A DNA stretch of 63,381 nucleotides, the filler included, from Asterionella formosa (Eukaryota), in NCBI GenBank assembly GCA_002256025.1. It is 7 parts of 7 records of this genome, joined end to end, with 100 filler letters (N's around TTAATTAATTAA, not from the genome) between each part and the next. Parts side by side here need not be neighbours in the genome. Positions count along the whole stretch, not along the records: positions 27,354 to 54,566 come from NKIB01001568.1; positions 54,667 to 56,326 come from NKIB01001574.1; positions 56,427 to 58,090 come from NKIB01001575.1; positions 58,191 to 59,854 come from NKIB01001576.1; positions 59,955 to 61,618 come from NKIB01001577.1; 2 more parts are not named here. One strand, given 5' to 3'. The notes beneath the pieces were generated by a model that was not told where the DNA came from, did no database searches, and worked only from the letters and a program-made list of their open reading frames with translations. The position numbers and the translations under genes were made by a program. Shown in pieces: positions 50,301-61,718 of the stretch (within the stretch, counting starts at the first letter, position 1; the number at the start of each line of letters is the position of its first letter).

Positions 50301-51139
50301 ACCAAACATACTGGAAAAAAGTATATTTGTACATGTCAAGTGCTCCAACAAGTGTTGCTTGGTTAAGTGAATCACATGGAGCACTTCACATGTACAAACT
50401 CACTCGAACAATCAGAGTGATTCCGACCAAGCCATCGCAGCCATGGGCAATATACTAACCGAACCCCACCCCACCCAGACCAAGAAAGATCCTCCCTTCC
50501 GCTGCTTCTCCCGTCAAAGCATACCGTACTTCCTGTTGAACAAGGATTTCAATGGTGAAGGTGGGATACAAGCTTTCTTTGATAAAAATTAGGCAATTGC
50601 TGCCAAGCGCCGTCCATTGGAATATGGTCACAAGCCCATGGCGTCGCAGTTCGATCAAGAAAAAGACAGGAAGCTACTACGAGCACTCCAGATGCATTCT
50701 TACCTGAGTTATGATGATTGCCACAAGTCTAGCACCGTAAGCAAAATTGGCAAAGCGTTCAGTGTCAGGGTGTCGATAGAAATGTGCGACTTGACATTCA
50801 AGAAGGCGACAGTAGGTTTCATGTACAGACTATGAACTTTCGTGCTAGCTACATCCACGTGAAGTCTAAAAAATGCCCTGACGTTGCAAAATACTGAGCG
50901 GAAGTACCAAGGTCTACAGGAACAAACCATGATCAAGGACACTGCTGGCAACCCTACCTGCATAGTGAAACTAATACATCACTATGGCTGGAATCATGCT
51001 CAGAGTACATATAGTAGCCACCGCAGCCCTAGTATGATAGATAATTAGCATAGGGAATATTTGATGGATAAATATATCCGTGCATCAGTTTATGTAATGT
51101 TGACAGCAGACAAAGCATATAACAACATCAGAGATCGCT

Positions 51140-51700
51140 TTATTCATCTACAGACATTACAAACTTGTAATCGAAGTCCAAGGCACATCGATGTGCCTTC
51201 ATCTTCTTTATAGTAAGGTCGTCGATTTCAACAGGGCCATGCTTGGAGCGCTGCTGTTGCAGTTCTGGTTCAAATAAGCCAGAATCAAGAGCATGGTAAG
51301 CAAAACATGTCACTGTCCTCAACAACAACTCCTGGTCTTGCTGATAAGTCTTCATAGACATCGCAATCATCAGGAACATCTACACCCAAACTCGCAACCA
51401 ATGTTGGTAACAGATGTTCATGAACATATTCATACATTTTTTCCACAGACAAGTCATTTAAATTGGCGATCCCAAATTTCTTGACTGCATTCATGGCATC
51501 AGGATTTGATTGGAAGAATGGAGGGAGCGACCTTATCCTTTTTGATTGGTCCTCTGTCTCAGCATGAAGATTTCAAATTCGGAGCAATGATTCTCAGCAT
51601 CTCCCTCTTCCACCAAAAATTCCAATGGTTGGGGTTTCTATTAATTGATTCGAACAGCTCAATTCGGGAAATAACAACTCTGTTGACATTGGCTTAATCT
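51140..51700 (-). pseudogene. Fragments of a transposase of the same family as 24367-26563
   Basis: AYHALDSG...KHGPV...KMKAHRCALDFDYKFV matches AYHAIDSG...RHGPV...KFRTHRCAMDFDFKFV. Confidence 0.7.
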
Positions 51701-51798
51701 CCATACTTTGCTTTGGGAGCAAATAGTGTCCTGGGCTCATCTGACTTCCAATAATCTATGCTCAGACAAGCCTCATCTAAGCCGCAAAATACGCCACT

Positions 51799-52154
51799 TT
51801 TCGAATTTTCGTCTACGCACGAGTGTCAATTATGTGGTACTTCATATGCATTAATGCCACTCTTCACGTAAAAAAGATTACTTTTAACGGTTTCATGTGA
51901 AGTTTTCACAATGAATTTTGAACGCGAGACTCAATTAGTTGATGTTTCAAATAAGTCATTTAAATTTTCGAAATTTCGTCTATGTATGAGTGTTAATTAC
52001 TATGTGGTACTTCACATACATTAATGCCACTCTTCACGTAGTAAAAAGATTACTTTTAACGGTTCCATGTGAAGTTTTAACTGTTTCATGTGAAGTTTTC
52101 ACAATGAATTTTGAACGCGAGACTGAATTAGTTGATGTTTCAAATAATTCATTT
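51799..52154. repeat. Tandem duplication of a ~165-190-bp unit
   Basis: ttttcgaa.tttcgtcta...cattaatgccactcttcacgta...gaattttgaacgcgagact.aattagttgatgtttcaaataa occurs twice. Confidence 0.85.
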
Positions 52155-52269
52155 GAAAGTTCAACTAAGATCCTGCTCTTGAGGCTGATTCATTCATGAC
52201 ATGCGTTTTACTTAATGAAATAGTAAGGATATTTGTGGTGTCTAATGTCATCCATCTGAGATCAAAGTT

Positions 52270-53175
52270 TTACGGTTGTACACCTCACATAAAGAACTCA
52301 CACTTTCCGGTAAAAAATCTCCCTCTTCCCTGTTTTCATGCAATGTACTAGGTTACTACCGGTACTAGGTAACTGTACTACTAGCCAGTAGTAGGCAACC
52401 CAATATTTTTACGTGATTATTATTACTCAAAATCAACACTGGTGGAATTATTTCTACTGAAGAGGATGGTAGTATTGTTTGCTAAATATGTGCCAAACAA
52501 GGTCCATTTCAGTTACCAATCCAGAAGCCTAAAGCACATTAGAGACTGATACTGATACTTGCTTGTTAAGCAAACTTTAGCTACCGGTTATTCTTATTTT
52601 TCTCTCGCCAACACAGCACTGCAACGACAGCAAATATCAAGGATCTGTGTGACAATAACGACAAGGACAAATGTCAATTCTGTGGTAGAGGTCCTTTTAA
52701 ATCAATTCGTGGTCATCACAGACACAGCCCAACAATATATGATTCAATCTCAGACTCAAGCATCGCAGACATCATCAATGGTAGCGACTTCGCCAAGAGA
52801 TGGACAACACCACTCTCAAGACCCCCTGTTTTTGACAAGTCTCTTCGTTCCAACCACTCCTCATATTCGAAACCGTTTGATTCGTCGTTGTGGCAAGTTT
52901 TGTTGCGCAGGAAGTCACAAATAGGCGGGAGACATCCATCGACCAAGTCGGACAGAAGTGTCATGTCAGTTCTTGTTACGTCTCTTCGTTCCAACTCCTC
53001 TTATTCGAAACCGTTTGATACGGCGGGATACAACCTTCCTCGCTATTTCCTAAGTCCAATGGTACCACCGGAATGCAGCAAAGTTTTCTTCCCATTCATG
53101 ATCCTTGGTACTTCGTCATGTTGTGGCGTTCTGGCTACCCCCTGCTCCATAGTAACCACTGCCACCCTGTCGCGA
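52270..53175. repeat. Segments of a young repeat family shared with contig 59955-61618
   Basis: 52830-53175 is a high-identity reverse complement of 59957-60296. 52272-52401 is a reverse complement of 61492-61618. Confidence 0.85.
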
Positions 53176-53252
53176 GCCGTTGCAACGCACGATAATGGTT
53201 GATGCACTAAATTTTTCCGGTATAATACTAGATTCCAGTGCTTTGACTTTCA

Positions 53253-53447
53253 CAGCCTCTCTACAGAGCTGCGACAGAAAATAATAGGGAAAAACATAGT
53301 ACCACCATAACCGTACATCGCAGCCTCTACAGAGCTGCAACAGAAAATAATATGGAAAAACATAGTACCACCATATCCGTACATTGCAGCATCTACAGAG
53401 CTGCAACAGAAAATAATAGGGAAAAACATGGTACCACCATAACCGTA
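53253..53447. repeat. 66-bp minisatellite, 3 copies
   Basis: ctacagagctgc.acagaaaataata.ggaaaaacat.gtaccaccata.ccgta recurs at 53261, 53327 and 53393. Confidence 0.9.
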
Positions 53448-53814
53448 GGTGCTACTTAAAGGTGCTGATAAAAGACGTAGACGTACTACCTGGTACCGGT
53501 AGTAACTCGTCAGCCTGGCTAATTATCGCGCCAGTTAAATTCATAAAAGCAATATTATGATAACAACCGGGTAGGTATGCCGTGCATCAACACATCACGA
53601 GCATTGATTGTCTCCAATAGTACTTAGAAGTGCTGTCACTAGTAGCAGATCACAATGATTTTATTGTTTTAAAAAACTACGTGTTATCTTAACTTTTGCC
53701 AAACCACCACCATGTGGGCTAATCGACACAATTCTGCATCGTTGTCTGATACAGACTCCATACCAGACAATCCTGCATCGGATGGATACGACGATTATCA
53801 ACTTGAGGAGTAAA

Positions 53815-54566
53815 ATGAATCGGAAGAGAGTGTCAAAGGAGATGGGAGGTTGAGGGCTGAACAAGCAAGAAAGAGATAAACTCCAAATTCTATTGTCTGA
53901 GAGTACACAGGAAATCAAGCGCCTACGTGAATTAGCAGCTGAAAACAACCGTTTAACAATTGGAGTAGTAGGTGGAATTGGCAGGTGCAAACATTGGACA
54001 AACTTTCTGGCTAGCTGGGTCAGAGAGGAATTGTTTCCAAAAGTTAAATTTGTCACAGGTGATTATGATTTGGAAATTAATAGGGAAACCGACAGCATTG
54101 CTGGTGCTGTTCGTTATCATTTCCCATCACTCAGAAATGGTACTGACGAAGAGTTCGAATCATTTTGGTTCACATATAAGTGTGACATCAACAAAATTAT
54201 GTCTGAAAAAAAGGAATGCTGTTTCAACATCAATCAGAAAGGGTTTCAAAGTAAGTTCAAAATAGGTGTCGTGCTTGCTGTTGGCTTCCTTTTCCAGACA
54301 AGCAATACTTTTTTATAAAAACAGGAATGGTTGAGGATAGAAAGTTACAGTTCATTTCCCGGAATACGATTTTTCAGTGCAGGACAGAACCACCAGATGT
54401 TGGTAAAGTTGAAGAGCATCCCTTCATTATTCTAGTGAATTACATTTTTTCTCGGGTAGTGAAGTATGGTGATTATGCTAGCCAAAAACACACAAAAAAT
54501 ATGGCCTCCATCATGACTGTATCGGATGAAGCATATGCCTTGCTCGTCTTAGAAAATAGTTGGGAT
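53815..54566 (+). pseudogene. Partial or degenerate hypothetical gene in repeat context, truncated by the contig end
   Basis: Coiled-coil-like start, WVREELFPKVKF, GTAAGT...ACAG intron (~54251-54324), then TVSDEAYALLVLENSWD. Frameshifts are apparent and the function is not recognised. Confidence 0.45.
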
Positions 54567-54666
54567 NNNNNNNNNNNNNNNNNNNNNNNNNNNNNNNNNN
54601 NNNNNNNNNNTTAATTAATTAANNNNNNNNNNNNNNNNNNNNNNNNNNNNNNNNNNNNNNNNNNNN

Positions 54667-56016
54667 ATACTGCAAGCACTCCTGACGAAATTGGTGGTAG
54701 GCTGCATCAGCCTGATAGAGCAAGCTTGAAATATTTGCTGTGTTAGTGACACCCTTGAAACTGCCTTGAGAGCTGAGCCTTTGAGTGGTGATTGCTCGGC
54801 GTGAAGCAAGAGTTCCTGCTAGGTCAAATTGTTTCGACCTTATCCCATGGTGGGACAGGATGAGTTCCAGCTTGATCACATTCTGGTTACTTTTGTCGAA
54901 ATTGACAACAGAAGGTCGTTCAGGATTGACACAATGGAGGAGGTCATTCTTTGAGGCAGTTGCCTTTGACTCACTACTATCATCATCTTTTAGACTAATC
55001 ACATCATTGTCCTTGGAAGAAATTCGTGATTTCTTGGAAATAGAACTAGAAGGGGGCCAGGTAGCCTTCGATCGTTTCTTGATTATTGGCACAGCAACTT
55101 GTTGGGACTCCGGTTTGGAGACCAATTTGCTGGAGGTGGCAGCTGATTTGGAATCCGGTTTGGATACTTTTTCCCTGTTTATGGCAGCTGGTTTAGAGTC
55201 TGGTTTCGATACTTTTTTGCTGGGAATCGCGGCTGGTTTGCAGTCCGATTCAGATTCTCCGTAAAGATTAGTTACATACATTGATGCAACATCTCGGCTC
55301 CTGGCTGTTGACTTCGCAGCGTTGTAAGCACCTGCCTTGGATGTGATGGCTTTGGTAGCATCTTGGGAGTAGCCTTGGCAGAAGGCTTGAGTGCAACAGC
55401 TTTTGCAGCAACAGCTCTTGGAGGAGCCTTCATCCTCGTCTTTGCAGCTTTCTTTGGAACACTCTTCTGCAACACTCGGGATTGGGCCTGTGTTGATCCT
55501 GCTGTAACTATAGAAGCAGCCTTCTGCAAAGTGGCTCTCTTCGCACGCTTTCCGAGAGCATAAGAAGGCGCTTCCAAGCGGGCATACTCTGATCTGATAG
55601 CTACCTTTGCATTCATCACCTCTGTTAGGCGATGAATGCAAAAAAAGAAATGTGTGAATGAATAAATGAATATGAATACAGCATATATAGTAAACAAACA
55701 TACCTTTTGGTTGCTTGTAGATGAAACCCCCAATGGGAAGAAACATCGAGTACACATAGGCTTGCTCTTCCAATTGATGATCAAGAAGATCATAATGAGT
55801 GGCTGAAAGAAGACTCCCAGCTATATTTGTTCGCAAACGCACGATAGGAAAGGTCTCGAAATTTGCTGGTTCTGGCATATCAGGTCCATAATTGTATGAA
55901 TCAACATCGCCATTGTTCTTGTTCCTCTCATCATGAAGAAGGTTTTCAAGAGGATGATTGATCCTGTCCATCCAAGGAATAGGATTGCAGTGTACAAATC
56001 CCAAGGATTTATACCA
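54667..56016 (-). pseudogene. Fragment of a Lys/Ala/Ser-rich hypothetical gene with an intron (55622-55703), cut at its 5' side by a repeat end
   Basis: GTATGT...CTAACAG intron joins YKQPKE-VMNAKV. A later frame switch is needed. The coding-like sequence stops exactly at the CATCTAAG terminus (56017). Confidence 0.5.
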
Positions 56017-56326
56017 CATCTAAGCCGCGTATTACGTGAAGTGACCATCACGTAAATAAGCCTAGTTGATTTTGAATGGATCACATGAATTAGTTGAATA
56101 CATCAAAATGCTTACTTGAATATATCTATATATTATCTGAATACATCACGTTAATTATTTGATGAGAGTTTCATGCATGCATTCCTGATCATCACTATAT
56201 TACGTGATCACCTTCACATAATTATTTGAAATACTTCACATAATTATTTGAAATACTTCACATAATTATTTGAAATACTTCACATAATTATTTGAAATAC
56301 TTCACATAATTATTTGAAATACTTCA
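56017..56326 (+). mobile_element. CATCTAAG-terminus element end with five 22-bp quasi-palindromic tandem repeats
   Basis: (ttcacataattatttgaaatac)x5 at 56213-56326; near-identical to 59512-59799. Confidence 0.85.
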
Positions 56327-56426
56327 NNNNNNNNNNNNNNNNNNNNNNNNNNNNNNNNNNNNNNNNNNNNTTAATTAATTAANNNNNNNNNNNNNNNNNN
56401 NNNNNNNNNNNNNNNNNNNNNNNNNN

Positions 56427-58090
56427 CAGCATCTTGGAGCTTGTACAATTCCATACATAGCCTTAATTAATTTGCAGATATGTATATTCTGATCGATCCC
56501 TGTCAATCCTTCTGGGGGCTCAATATAAATGTCTTCGTCGACGTCAGCATTTAAAAACGCTGCTTCAACATCGATTGCTTCCGCTATCCAACCATAGTAC
56601 AAAGTAACAGCCAGAACAGTTTTTATTGTAGCATCACTTGCAACAGGAGCAAATGTTTCAGTAAAATCAACTCCCGGGATCTGTTCATATCCCTTTACAA
56701 CCAACCGTGCCTTGTATACTGTCTTTCCGGTTATCACGTCCTCCTTAATACGGAAGACCCATCTTGTCTTAAGAGCTCTCTTGTTCACGTCATTTCTCTT
56801 AACTATTTTCCATACTCCTCTTGCTTTGAAGTTTTCAAATTCTTTCTTTATAGCTTTCATCCACTCTTTGCGATCAGGTCTTACCATTGCCTCATCATAA
56901 CTATTTGGTAAACCTGGGTCCGATGCAAGACTTGCATTGAATACGAAATTTACTTCAGTTTCCTTATTCAAAGATGCTTCCTCCTCAATCACATTTGGTA
57001 GTGAAGTGTCTGGAGGGAATTTAACATTTTTAGTTGGATTATACGATGAGTCCAACTTCTTCATTTCTCGTTCCAACTTTGCCTGTTGCTTCAAAACATT
57101 TCTCTTTTCTAGGTCAGAAATTTCATCACTCCTTGAGGTAGATTTTCCTTTTTCAGTGTCTGCGGTTGCTTTATCCTTGTCGTCATCATCTTCCTTGTTG
57201 TCTGAATCTTCTGGTAGTAAATCTTCATTGTAGAAATCATCATCTAATCCATCATTATTGACTTCAGCTTCTGGTTGAACTGTTACTTTCTCTTTAGCAC
57301 TGTCCTTGTAGATTTTTCCTAGTCCGTCCGTAGGTGCGTTTGTTCCATGCCACTCACTCCACTTAACATCGCGTGTATTGATTACAGTGTTAGTCTCATG
57401 ATTATACATACGATACGTATCTTGGGAGTGGTCCTCCGAATAACCCAAAAAGACACACTTGAAAGAACGTGCGTCTAATTTCTTAATGCCGTGTCTTGCA
57501 GTAACCCATCCTACGCACCCAAATTGCTTGTATAACTTGTAGGGCCTTCTTGGATTCATTTCGCCGTAGAACATGTCATCGGGACTTCTTTTAGTTACTG
57601 AGTTAACTGTACTATTTGTTAAACGTGTAGCTGTATGTACCGCCTCTGCCCATAATAGCCCTTGGTACTCATCTGTTAGTTTTGCACTTAGCATCATTGC
57701 TAGTGCCCTCTGTCGCACAATGACAAAACCGCGTTCCACTACACCATTGTGTTGTGGAGTGTGCGGGGCAGTAAATTCCATTTTTATGCCGCGATTTTCA
57801 CATACCTTTCTCAATTGTTTAGTATTCTCGCCTGCGTCATCGCAACGGACATACTTTGTCTTGTGACCGGCTCCGGCTAAACTTGATAGTAAAATTTCAA
57901 TGACTGTTCCGATATCGCTCTTCTTTTTAATGAAATAGCTCCAGCGCTTTCTTGTGTAGTCGTCTACTGCCATGACCCAGTACTGATTGCCAACAGCGGA
58001 TTTCGCGTAGGGTCCGCTGATGTCCACAAACAGTCTCTCTCCAGGTACCGTCGATTTTTCTTGCGTTGTTTTTGGGACGGCTCGTGCTTT
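56427..58090 (-). mobile_element. Ty1/Copia (CoDi-like) pol fragment: integrase followed by reverse transcriptase, open throughout
   Basis: GERLFVDISGP, VDDYTR, VRCDDAGEN, TAPHTPQHNGVVER, KCVFLGY; RT motifs RWVF..K..YKARLVVKGYEQIPGVDF.ETFAPV, DVEAAFLN and KAMYG..QAPR. INT-before-RT order is Copia-type. Confidence 0.95.
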
Positions 58091-58249
58091 NNNNNNNNNN
58101 NNNNNNNNNNNNNNNNNNNNNNNNNNNNNNNNNNTTAATTAATTAANNNNNNNNNNNNNNNNNNNNNNNNNNNNNNNNNNNNNNNNNNNNTCGGTTTCAA
58201 CCCAATGGCAAGGTCATCTTTGCCCTCAAACAGCAGTTCCAGGCCTATT

Positions 58250-58811
58250 CCAAAGCCGATCCACCAGCCACTCAGGTCGACCCCCTCCCCCCTGGCCTCA
58301 TTGAACTTGGGGTCCAACTTTGCCGGGCTAGCGCCACAGCCCGTGACCGCTGTATTGCCGACATGATTACTATTGATTTCTTCTTCCTCTATCGGCCTGG
58401 TGAACACACCATTACATATGACAATGAACCCTTCAAACTCTCCAATGTCAATTTCTACCTACTTGACCAGCCATTCCCATTGGACTCCCCCCTTCTCCAA
58501 CAGTCTGACTTCATGACCCTCACCTTTGATACCCAAAAAAACCGTACCAAAGGTCCGTGGAAAAATCGGGCATGATGGCTGCTCCACTTCCACAACCTTC
58601 TGCCCCATCCACGCAGTTGCCCTCTGGGTACAGCACTTGCTTGCCCATGGTGCATGCTCCCACCAACCCCTCTGTTCCTACTTTGATGACGCCGGCAACA
58701 GGTTCCACTACATTGAATCCCCAGACATTACCACCATCCTACGCCTAGCTACCAACCACCCTACCAAAGTTGAGTGCCGCTCCCTCCGCACTAGTGGCGC
58801 TATGGCTCTGT
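58250..58811 (+). pseudogene. Tyrosine recombinase of a DIRS/Ngaro-type retroelement, N-terminal part
   Basis: ADMITIDFFFLYRPGEHT (catalytic R), TLTFDTQKN (K), CPIHAV and RSLRTSGAMAL (HxxR box). Frameshift near 58540. Confidence 0.8.
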
Positions 58812-58998
58812 AACCCTAACCCTAACCCAAAATTACCCATAGCTCTGTACCCACGTACAATCTCCTTACCTACTCCTAGCTCGTGACCACGTACAATCTC
58901 CTTACCTACTCCTAGCACGTGACAAGACAAGGCCATGGAAAGGGCGACTTTAGTCGTCATAAATTCGAGCGTGGGTACACAGCTATGGGTAATTTTGG
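58811..58998. repeat. (TAACCC)3 telomere-like repeat, 29-bp inverted repeat and 36-bp tandem duplication
   Basis: taaccctaaccctaaccc at 58811-58828. IR arms 58827-58855 and 58970-58998 (28/29 match). cacgtacaatctccttacctactcctagc at 58852 and 58888. Confidence 0.9.
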
Positions 58999-59104
58999 CT
59001 CTACTAGGCCGAATCCGAGACCGGTATGCTGGTCTCGGCACCCATTTTTAGGCCATAGCAGTTGTGTTGGTTGGGTTGGGTAGGTGCATGGTGGCGATTT
59101 CCTG

Positions 59105-59255
59105 AAGGAGCTAGTAATCGCCGCCCGCCAGCATGAGTTGAGAGAGGCCCGCCATAACAGGCAGGACGGGTCTCGACATGGAGGTAACGGATTATAGCAT
59201 CAAAGTGATAGCGCCCAATTAGCTTGATGAGTAGGCCGTTCACTCCCCTGGAGAA
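59105..59255 (-). pseudogene. Tyrosine recombinase C-terminal part, inverted relative to its N-terminal part
   Basis: FSRGVNGLLIKLIGRYHFDAIIRYLHVE resembles the GVxxxxIxLxGRWxSDxMLRYLH box carrying the catalytic Tyr. Confidence 0.8.
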
Positions 59256-59511
59256 CAGATGCCAGTTTGTCGCCCCATTTGATCATCCATATAATGATTC
59301 CACCAAAACATTTATTTGATTACACTTCTACAATGAAGGAGATCCAGGAGACCCCAACGGATTCCTTGCTTTCTTATGCCAACCTTCCTGAACATTGCCA
59401 GTTTCCCACCAATGTTGTCTGCGAATTTTTCGCCCTTCCACATCTCGGAATCGGAGATTGTATGATAACAATGCTCTCTGTTCATCATTGCATCTTTAAC
59501 AGAGCGGCCTA

Positions 59512-59854
59512 CATCTAAGCCGCGTATTACGTGAAGTGACCATCACGTAAATAAGCCTAGTTGATTTTGAATGGATCACATGAATTAGTTGAATACATCA
59601 AAATGCTTACTTGAATATATCTATATATTATCTGAATACATCACGTTAATTATTTGATGAGAGTATCATGCATGCATTCCTGATCATCACTATATTACGT
59701 GATCACCTTCACATAATTATTTGAAATACTTCACATAATTATTTGAAATACTTCACATAATTATTTGAAATACTTCACATAATTATTTGAAATACTTCAA
59801 TTAATTCTGTAATTCAGTTCACATTGCCTTAAATTTTTGTTCACGTAATTCTAT
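59512..59854 (+). mobile_element. CATCTAAG-terminus element end with four 22-bp repeats
   Basis: Near-identical to 56017-56326 but with a different upstream flank. Confidence 0.85.
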
Positions 59855-60456
59855 NNNNNNNNNNNNNNNNNNNNNNNNNNNNNNNNNNNNNNNNNNNNTT
59901 AATTAATTAANNNNNNNNNNNNNNNNNNNNNNNNNNNNNNNNNNNNNNNNNNNNCCGCGACAGGGTGGCTGTGGTTATGGAGCAGGGGGTAGAACGCCAC
60001 AACATGACGAAGTCCCAAGGATCATGAATGGGAAGAAAACTTTGCTGCATTCTGGTGGTACCATTGGACTTGGGAAACAGCGAGGAAGGTTGTATCCCGC
60101 CGTATCAAACGGTTTCGAATAAGAGGAGTTGGAACGAAGAGATGTGACAAGAACTGACCTGACACTTCTGTCCGACTTGGTCGATGGATGTCTCCCGCCT
60201 ATTTGTGACTTCCTGCGCAACACAACAAAACTTGCCACAACGACGAATCAAACGGGTTTCGAATATGAGGAGTGGTTGGAACGAAGAGACTTGTCATAAA
60301 CATGACACTTCTGTCCAACTCGGTCGATGGAGCAAAAGAAACGACACCAGCGTCCGGTTATTTGCAAATGGCTGTACTTAATTAAAAACAAATAACCATT
60401 TTGTTAGTAACTATTAATGAGTAAATAAAAATTCTTACTTCCATCTTTCCCCATAG

Positions 60457-60663
60457 GAATCAAGCAAAAACGAAAGTAGTCCTGACAAGGAATACTGTGT
60501 CGTCGATCCGGAAAGTGGGGAACTCATTCGTCTCACAGTAGCCGAAAAGGAGCGTATCTTTCTGGACGCGCTTCAGTCCTACGATGCCGCTGGAAGGCAA
60601 ATGCTCAAGGATGACGAGTTTGACCTATTGAAGGAAGATTTGCAATGGAAGAACGGATCTGAG
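60457..60663 (+). pseudogene. PGRL1: Isolated PGRL1 (PGR5-like 1) exon fragment
   Basis: After a pyrimidine tract and TAG acceptor: ESSKNESSPDKEYCVVDPESGELIRLTVAEKERIFLDALQSYDAAGRQMLKDDEFDLLKEDLQWKNGSE. This matches the PGRL1 YC...E.E..FL.ALQS....G...M...EFD.LKE.L.W.GS block. No TM helices or C-terminal Cys motifs follow. Confidence 0.8.
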
Positions 60664-61718
60664 CATATATATAGCAATTTAGTAGCGAAGTCACTCCGCC
60701 TGTAATGTACAAAAGTCGACAGTGCACATACTCACACGCTAATCAGGTTTGAGGCAACGGACAGTGGTTCCAACGAGCGAATGACAATACCACGAGTACC
60801 AATTTTCCAGCGGCAAACCGCAATGATAAAAAGAACTTGTCTCTCTATTGATGAGGATGACACGGACATGGACACGGACTTTTCCAGGAGCAAACAACAA
60901 TGAAGAGACCCACTTCGTCTGCGTCGCTCTATTGATGGTAACAAAGATGCGGACAAGTTCAACAGTGAATACAAGAACAACATACCATTGAAAACCAGTC
61001 GACAGTGTGTGCACGCACACGGCAAGCAAGTTTGAGGCAACGGATAATTCCAACAAGCAAATGACGATACAGATATCAAATTCTTCCTACGAGCAAACAA
61101 CAGTGAAAAGAGCCACTTGCTTTCGCTCTCTTGATGGTATCAAAGATGCGGACAAGCTCAACAGTATGCCAAATGCAGAAACAAGCGAGCGATATGAAAA
61201 TGAAATGCGTTCTAATCAGAATCATTCTATAACTATAGCTATGTGGACAGTAGTCTGTTACGCACATTTTCGTATCTCCTTCTATGCTGAATCGAAATAG
61301 TAGATGTAGTATCATGTGAGAATTGAAAATTTCAACGAGAACAAGTAGAATGTGTTTGTTTACGGGTTGATTGGCGAGATTGTCATGCTGAAGTGGACGA
61401 AATGGATGTACTTTGTGCGCTGTGTGCGGAAACATTACGAGTTCGAATGGTTTCTTCTCTCCTGTAAACTCTTAATTGAATGATTATGAACGGGTTGCCT
61501 ACCACTGGCTAGTAGTACATTTACCTAGTACCGGTAATAACCTACATAACATGAAAACTGGGAAGAGGGAGCTTTTTTACCGGTAAGTGTGAGTTCTTCA
61601 TGTGATGTGTACAACCGTNNNNNNNNNNNNNNNNNNNNNNNNNNNNNNNNNNNNNNNNNNNNTTAATTAATTAANNNNNNNNNNNNNNNNNNNNNNNNNN
61701 NNNNNNNNNNNNNNNNNN

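Noticed and set aside
53253..53447. CRISPR-like periodic repeats
   Set aside because: The whole 66-bp unit repeats with no unique spacers, and there are no cas genes. It is a minisatellite.
55995..56019. WYKSLGF as a GNAT acetyltransferase motif
   Set aside because: Only seven residues; the upstream part is missing, so the assignment cannot be supported.
56213..56326. Palindromic 22-bp repeats as a CRISPR array
   Set aside because: Head-to-tail with no spacers; part of a dispersed repeat end.
58811..58828. True chromosome end
   Set aside because: Only three repeats, internal to the contig.
56427..59255. Single retroelement combining Copia INT/RT with a tyrosine recombinase
   Set aside because: Separate contigs; no sequence continuity.
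52270..61618. Giant inverted-repeat element enclosing Copia and the recombinase
   Set aside because: The arms lie on different contigs separated by artificial linkers.
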